Of a stretch of 64,000 bases of DNA, positions 59,792 through 64,000 are shown piece after piece (the first letter of the stretch is position 1; every line of letters starts with the position of its first letter). Below the pieces are notes generated by a model that was given only the letters and a program-made list of their open reading frames with translations, had not been told where the DNA came from and made no database searches. This DNA is from Caulobacter sp. (lineage in GTDB: Bacteria > Pseudomonadota > Alphaproteobacteria > Caulobacterales > Caulobacteraceae): contig JBIICO010000002.1 in assembly GCA_044238855.1 (NCBI GenBank), positions 9,269 through 73,268 of the forward strand. Direction: 5' to 3'. The translations under genes were made by a program, and so were the position numbers.

Positions 59792-61684
59792 GTGGAGGTT
59801 TGGTGCAGACCGCTGGCAGGGAGGGCCGACGCCCGCCATAACCCTCCGGTGACCGATTCGCTCCAGCCCGCTCGCGAGATCCTTCGCCACGTCTTCGGCC
59901 ACGACGACTTCCGCGGCCTCCAGGGGCAGGTGATCTCCGAAGTGCTGGCCGGCCGCAGCGCCATGGCCGTGCTGCCGACCGGCGGCGGCAAGAGCATGTG
60001 CTACCAGATCCCCAGTATCGTCCGGCCCGGCCTGGGGCTGGTGGTGTCGCCGCTGATCGCCCTGATGGCCGACCAGGTCGAGAGTCTGAAGCAGTCGGGC
60101 GTGGCGGCCGATCGGATCGATTCCGGCGCCGACATGGACACGCGCCAGGACATCTGGCGGCGCATCGACGCCGGCGAACTCGACCTGCTCTACATCTCGC
60201 CCGAAGGCCTGTCGCAGCCCGCGATGCTGAACCGGCTGTCGCGGACGCCGCTGGCCCTGATCGCCATCGACGAAGCCCACTGCGTCAGCCAGTGGGGCCA
60301 CGACTTCCGGCCCGACTACCGGATGCTGGGCCGGCTGGCGGACATCTTTCCCGACGTGCCGCGCCTGGCCGTCACCGCCACGGCCGACGCCCGGACCCGC
60401 GAGGACATCCGCAACGAGCTGCGGCTCGAGGACGCCGCCGAGTTCGTCGACAGCTTCGCCCGGCCCGAACTGATCCTGTCGGCCGAACGCAAGCGCGGAC
60501 AGGGCCATGGCCGGGTCGAGGAACTGGTGCTGGCCCGCCCGAACCGCTCGGGCGTGATCTATGCCGGCTCGCGCGAGGGCACCGAGAAGCTGGCCGACCG
60601 GCTGGCCGCGGCGGGCGTTCCGGCGGTCGCCTATCACGCGGGTCTCGACAGGAAGCTGCGCAGCGACCGGCTGGAGACCTTCCTCGAGGCCGACGCCGCC
60701 GTGATGGTGGCGACCATCGCCTTCGGCATGGGCGTCGACAAGCCGGACGTCCGCTATGTGATCCACGCCGACCCGCCGGCCTCGATCGAGGCTTACTGGC
60801 AGGAGATCGGCCGCGCCGGGCGCGACGGCCAGCCGGCCGAGGGCATCACCCTGTACGGCTCCGCCGACATGGCCTGGGCCTTCCGCCGGATCGAGGGGCG
60901 CGAGGTCGGCGACGAGGTCCGGGCCGTGCAGATGCGCAAGGTCCGGCAGCTGTACAACATGCTCGGCGGCACGGCCTGCCGCGCCGCCGCCGTGCGCCGC
61001 TACTTCGGCGAGGAGGGCGTCGCCCGCTGCGGCCAGTGCGACCTGTGCCTGAACCCGCCGGCCTCTATCGACGCCACGGTCGGCGCCCAGAAGGCGCTGG
61101 CGGCCGTGCACCGGCTGGGCGGTCGCTTCGGGCGCGGGCGGCTGGTCGACCACCTGCTCGGCAAGACCAAGGACGTTCACGAGAGCGAGGCGGCGCTGTC
61201 GACCTACGGCGTGGGCAAGGAATACAGCGCCGCCGGCTGGCGCGACCTGATCGACCAGCTGCTGTTCGAGGGCCTGCTGCGCGAGGACCCCAACGACGGC
61301 CGGCCGCTGATCGGCCTGGGCGACGCCGAGGGGGTGAAGCTGGTCTATCGCGGCGAGCGCAAGCTGGCGGTGCGCCAGCCCCCCGAGGGCGGGGACGCCT
61401 CCGGCAAGATGGGCCGCTCGCGCCGCAAGAGCGGCGGCCGCGACGAGCTGGCCGAGCTGTCGGTGGACGGCGCCGCCCTGTTCGAGGCCCTGCGCGCCTG
61501 GCGCCGGGACGAGGCTCACGAGCAGCACGTGCCGCCGTACGTGATCTTCTCCGACAAGACCCTGATCGACATCGCCCGCCTGCGGCCGCGCTCGCGGTCG
61601 GAGCTGCTGCTCGCCAACGGCGTCGGGGACAGCAAGGTCCAGCGCTACGGCGAGGCGGTGCTGAAGGTGGTGCGCGAGAACTGA
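59792..61684 (+). CDS. recQ: ATP-dependent DNA helicase RecQ
   Basis: FGHDDFRGLQ, PTGGGKS, DEAHCVSQWGHDFRP, the RQC zinc motif and a C-terminal HRDC. The start is uncertain (GTG 59792 or 59849). Confidence 0.93.
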   Translation: MEVWCRPLAGRADARHNPPVTDSLQPAREILRHVFGHDDFRGLQGQVISEVLAGRSAMAVLPTGGGKSMCYQIPSIVRPGLGLVVSPLIALMADQVESLKQSGVAADRIDSGADMDTRQDIWRRIDAGELDLLYISPEGLSQPAMLNRLSRTPLALIAIDEAHCVSQWGHDFRPDYRMLGRLADIFPDVPRLAVTATADARTREDIRNELRLEDAAEFVDSFARPELILSAERKRGQGHGRVEELVLARPNRSGVIYAGSREGTEKLADRLAAAGVPAVAYHAGLDRKLRSDRLETFLEADAAVMVATIAFGMGVDKPDVRYVIHADPPASIEAYWQEIGRAGRDGQPAEGITLYGSADMAWAFRRIEGREVGDEVRAVQMRKVRQLYNMLGGTACRAAAVRRYFGEEGVARCGQCDLCLNPPASIDATVGAQKALAAVHRLGGRFGRGRLVDHLLGKTKDVHESEAALSTYGVGKEYSAAGWRDLIDQLLFEGLLREDPNDGRPLIGLGDAEGVKLVYRGERKLAVRQPPEGGDASGKMGRSRRKSGGRDELAELSVDGAALFEALRAWRRDEAHEQHVPPYVIFSDKTLIDIARLRPRSRSELLLANGVGDSKVQRYGEAVLKVVREN

Positions 61685-61782
61685 CGGCCGATGAACGGCG
61701 GTTCATCAACGTGACTCAGGTTTAACGCCCAATCTGCTGTCGGCCGGGTTAGCCCTCGAAGCTCTCCAGGGGGAGTTTCGAC

Positions 61783-63159
61783 ATGCGCACCTTCCTCGCC
61801 GCGCTGGCCGTCCTGTCCATCGCCTCGCCCGCGCTGGCCGATCCCGTCGACGACACCATCCGCGCCCAGATGGAGCGCAGCCATATCCCCGGCGCCGCCG
61901 TGGCGGTGGTCGAGCGCGGCAAGGTGGTCAAGCTGGCGGGCTATGGCCTCGCCAACCTCGAGTGGGACGCGGCGGTCGATCCTGACACCACCTTCCAGAT
62001 CGCTTCGGCGACTAAGCTGTTCACCGGCCTGGTGCTGATGCGGATGGTCGAGCGGGGCGAGTTGTCGCTCGCCGACCCGCTGACCCGGTTCTTCCCCGAA
62101 GGACCGGAGAGCTGGCGCGGCGTCACGGTGCTGCATCTGGCCAACCACACCTCCGGGCTGCCGCAGGGCTTCGGCGAGCCCCGCGCCGCCAACCAGGCCG
62201 AGGCCCTGGCCATCGCCATGAAGGCCCCGCTCGTGCACGCGCCGGGCGCCAGGGCGCAGTACGGCCTGACCGACTTCGTGGTGCTGCAGGCCATCCTTGA
62301 GAAGGTTTCCGGCAAGAGCCTGCCGGAGCTGTTCAAGGCCGAGATCATCACGCCGCTGGGCCTGACGCGAACGGGCTTCAACTTCGCGTCCAACCGGGGC
62401 CAAGTCCGCTGGGCGACGCCGCTGCCCGGGCGGGCGTCGGTCTACGCCTGGAAGGACGGCCGCCAGTTCATCAGCGACGGCCTGTACGCGGAGCAGACCT
62501 ATGCGGCCGGCGGCATGTTCTCCTCCGCGCGCGACCTGGCCACCCTGTTCGCGGCCATCGACGAGGGGCGGCTGGTGAAGCCGGAGAGTCTGATCCTGCT
62601 GGAGACGCCTCCGACCCTGCCGGACGGCGGGAAGGGCGGCTTCGGCGTGGGCTGGACCACACGGACCTATCGCGGCGTCCCCGTGGTGGGCCACAGCGGC
62701 GGCCCGGCCCTGGCCGACGTGCTACGGTCCGAGGACCGCAAGCTGACGGTGATCGTGCTGACCAACCAGCACCGCTTCTATCCGTTCCTGGCCGAGGAGG
62801 TCGCTGATCTCTACCTGCCCCAGGCGCCGCGCGCCAAGCCGATCGCGGACCGCCGCGCCGCGCTGACCGCCTCGGTGCGCACCGTGCTTGTCTCCGCCGC
62901 CGCCGGACCCGTGGACGTCGCCCTGTTCACCGAAGCCGGCGCGAAGGAGATGAAGCCCTTCTTCGGCGAGGTCGGCCCGACCCTGCTGGTCGGCGTCGGG
63001 CCGCTGGAGCGCCTCGAGCTGCTGTCGGACAAGGTCGAGGACGGTCGGATCGTCCGCACTTATCGCGCCGGCTTCGCGGTCAAGGACCTCTACTGGCGGC
63101 TGGTCGCCGACCGGGACGGCAAGATCGTCGAGCTCGTGCCGGCCGGCGAAGAAGGCTAG
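61783..63159 (+). CDS. serine hydrolase (beta-lactamase/esterase family), secreted
   Basis: Signal peptide, SATK (SxxK) nucleophile motif, YAAGG, and an extra C-terminal domain. Confidence 0.8.
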   Translation: MRTFLAALAVLSIASPALADPVDDTIRAQMERSHIPGAAVAVVERGKVVKLAGYGLANLEWDAAVDPDTTFQIASATKLFTGLVLMRMVERGELSLADPLTRFFPEGPESWRGVTVLHLANHTSGLPQGFGEPRAANQAEALAIAMKAPLVHAPGARAQYGLTDFVVLQAILEKVSGKSLPELFKAEIITPLGLTRTGFNFASNRGQVRWATPLPGRASVYAWKDGRQFISDGLYAEQTYAAGGMFSSARDLATLFAAIDEGRLVKPESLILLETPPTLPDGGKGGFGVGWTTRTYRGVPVVGHSGGPALADVLRSEDRKLTVIVLTNQHRFYPFLAEEVADLYLPQAPRAKPIADRRAALTASVRTVLVSAAAGPVDVALFTEAGAKEMKPFFGEVGPTLLVGVGPLERLELLSDKVEDGRIVRTYRAGFAVKDLYWRLVADRDGKIVELVPAGEEG

Positions 63160-64000
63160 GCGCGGCGGGCCGCGGGCGGGGTCGCCGGAACCTGGGCCTC
63201 GCCGCCCCTCGCCGCGTCGGTCTGAAGGATGCACCCGTACCAGCCCAGACCCTGGTAGGTTTCGTAGCCGGGCGTATGGGCGTAGCCGACCGTCGTGCCG
63301 CCCTGGGCGTAGCTGCCCATCGCGCCCTCGCGGGTATCGAGGCTGATGGTCTCCTCCAGCACGCCGACGCCGTCCGAGGCCGCCAGGATGCGGCCGTCGC
63401 GGTCGAGCAGCAGGACGCGGGAGCGCTCGCGCTCCTCATCGGTCAGGCGCACCCCCTCGACCACCGCCTGGGCCTGGGGCCGCCAGTCGAAATGAATGCC
63501 GAGCACGCCGACCGGCCGGCCGTCGGTCTCGCCGTTCTCGCGGATGGCGGCGGCGTAGGTGGCGACCGGCGCGCCGCCGAGGCGGGGCTGGCGCTCGATG
63601 TCGCAGGCGACGAACTCCGCGCCCGAGCGGCTGGCCATGGCCTGGCGGAACCACCCCGTCTCGGCCACCGAGGCGCCACGCGCGTTTGGGTAGCGGTCGG
63701 GCCGGCCGTTGGCGATCACCTGTCCCCGCGCGTCGCAGATCCACAGGTCGAGATAGACGGTGTAGGCGTCCAGGATCACGCCCAGCCGGCGGCTGGCGTG
63801 GCGCGCCGCCTCGTCCGAGCCGCTTTCCGCGCACAGCACCACGGCCGAGTCGGTCGCCCACCAGCGCACGTCGCAGGTCCGCTCGTAGAGATTGCGGTCG
63901 ATGATCTCGATGGCGTTCAGCGCCAGGTCGGCCAGCCGCTGGCCGCGCAGATGGCCCAGGATCGCCCCGCCGATACGGCTCAGTTCGTCGAGGTCCGCGC
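63156..64000 (-). CDS. Cache/PDC-like sensor-domain protein, C-terminal part (5' end outside the window)
   Basis: The frame is open to the window edge (...IDRNLYERTCDVRWWATDSAVV...GVLGIHFDW...). Resembles double-PDC ligand-binding domains. Confidence 0.55.
   Translation of the reverse strand, partial: ADLDELSRIGGAILGHLRGQRLADLALNAIEIIDRNLYERTCDVRWWATDSAVVLCAESGSDEAARHASRRLGVILDAYTVYLDLWICDARGQVIANGRPDRYPNARGASVAETGWFRQAMASRSGAEFVACDIERQPRLGGAPVATYAAAIRENGETDGRPVGVLGIHFDWRPQAQAVVEGVRLTDEERERSRVLLLDRDGRILAASDGVGVLEETISLDTREGAMGSYAQGGTTVGYAHTPGYETYQGLGWYGCILQTDAARGGEAQVPATPPAARRA

Noticed and set aside
57688-59997. 769-aa minus-strand ORF, and 59768..61528 (-) and 59998..61725 (+)
   Set aside because: These are shifted frames over the PBP and recQ genes. 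There are no domains and the composition is GC-driven. The PBP (57714..59675) and RecQ (59792..61684) frames carry all the diagnostic motifs.

Overview
High-GC alphaproteobacterial chromosome segment that looks Caulobacterales-like: it has a CC0125/CC1285-type lipoprotein, mmcB and GAAC-N7-GAAC SOS boxes. All protein calls come from reading the translations; no database search was run. Most of the window is housekeeping: kup 3' end, argG, rlmN, ampG, an ABC-F ATPase, gshB, yraN, rsmI, zapE, sdhCDA-creD-sdhB, regBA-senC, phaZ, a class A PBP, recQ, plus transporters, SDRs and two histidine kinases. No rRNA, tRNA or CRISPR array was seen. The main anomaly is a 7,877-bp low-GC element at 22207..30083. 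It has perfect 27-bp terminal inverted repeats and an 8-bp target duplication (CTGAACTC), and it splits the SOS-box-preceded comM (yifB) gene. Removing it restores an in-frame 510-codon comM. Its cargo is an IS1595-family DDE transposase, a translationally coupled SMODS nucleotidyltransferase + SLATT two-TM effector (CBASS-like), an uncharacterised Cys-rich protein, an XRE repressor with a perfect palindromic operator facing a membrane protein, a large serine recombinase, two paralogous ~40-aa basic proteins, and two paralogous inward-facing genes, one at each end. Other observations outside the element:
- four GGGACA-N8-TGTCCC palindromes upstream of gshB
- an overlap-coupled BNR-propeller / MoaD-ThiS-like / sensorless hybrid kinase operon
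- an sdh cluster interrupted by creD with flanking terminators
- an SOS-box promoter for mmcB
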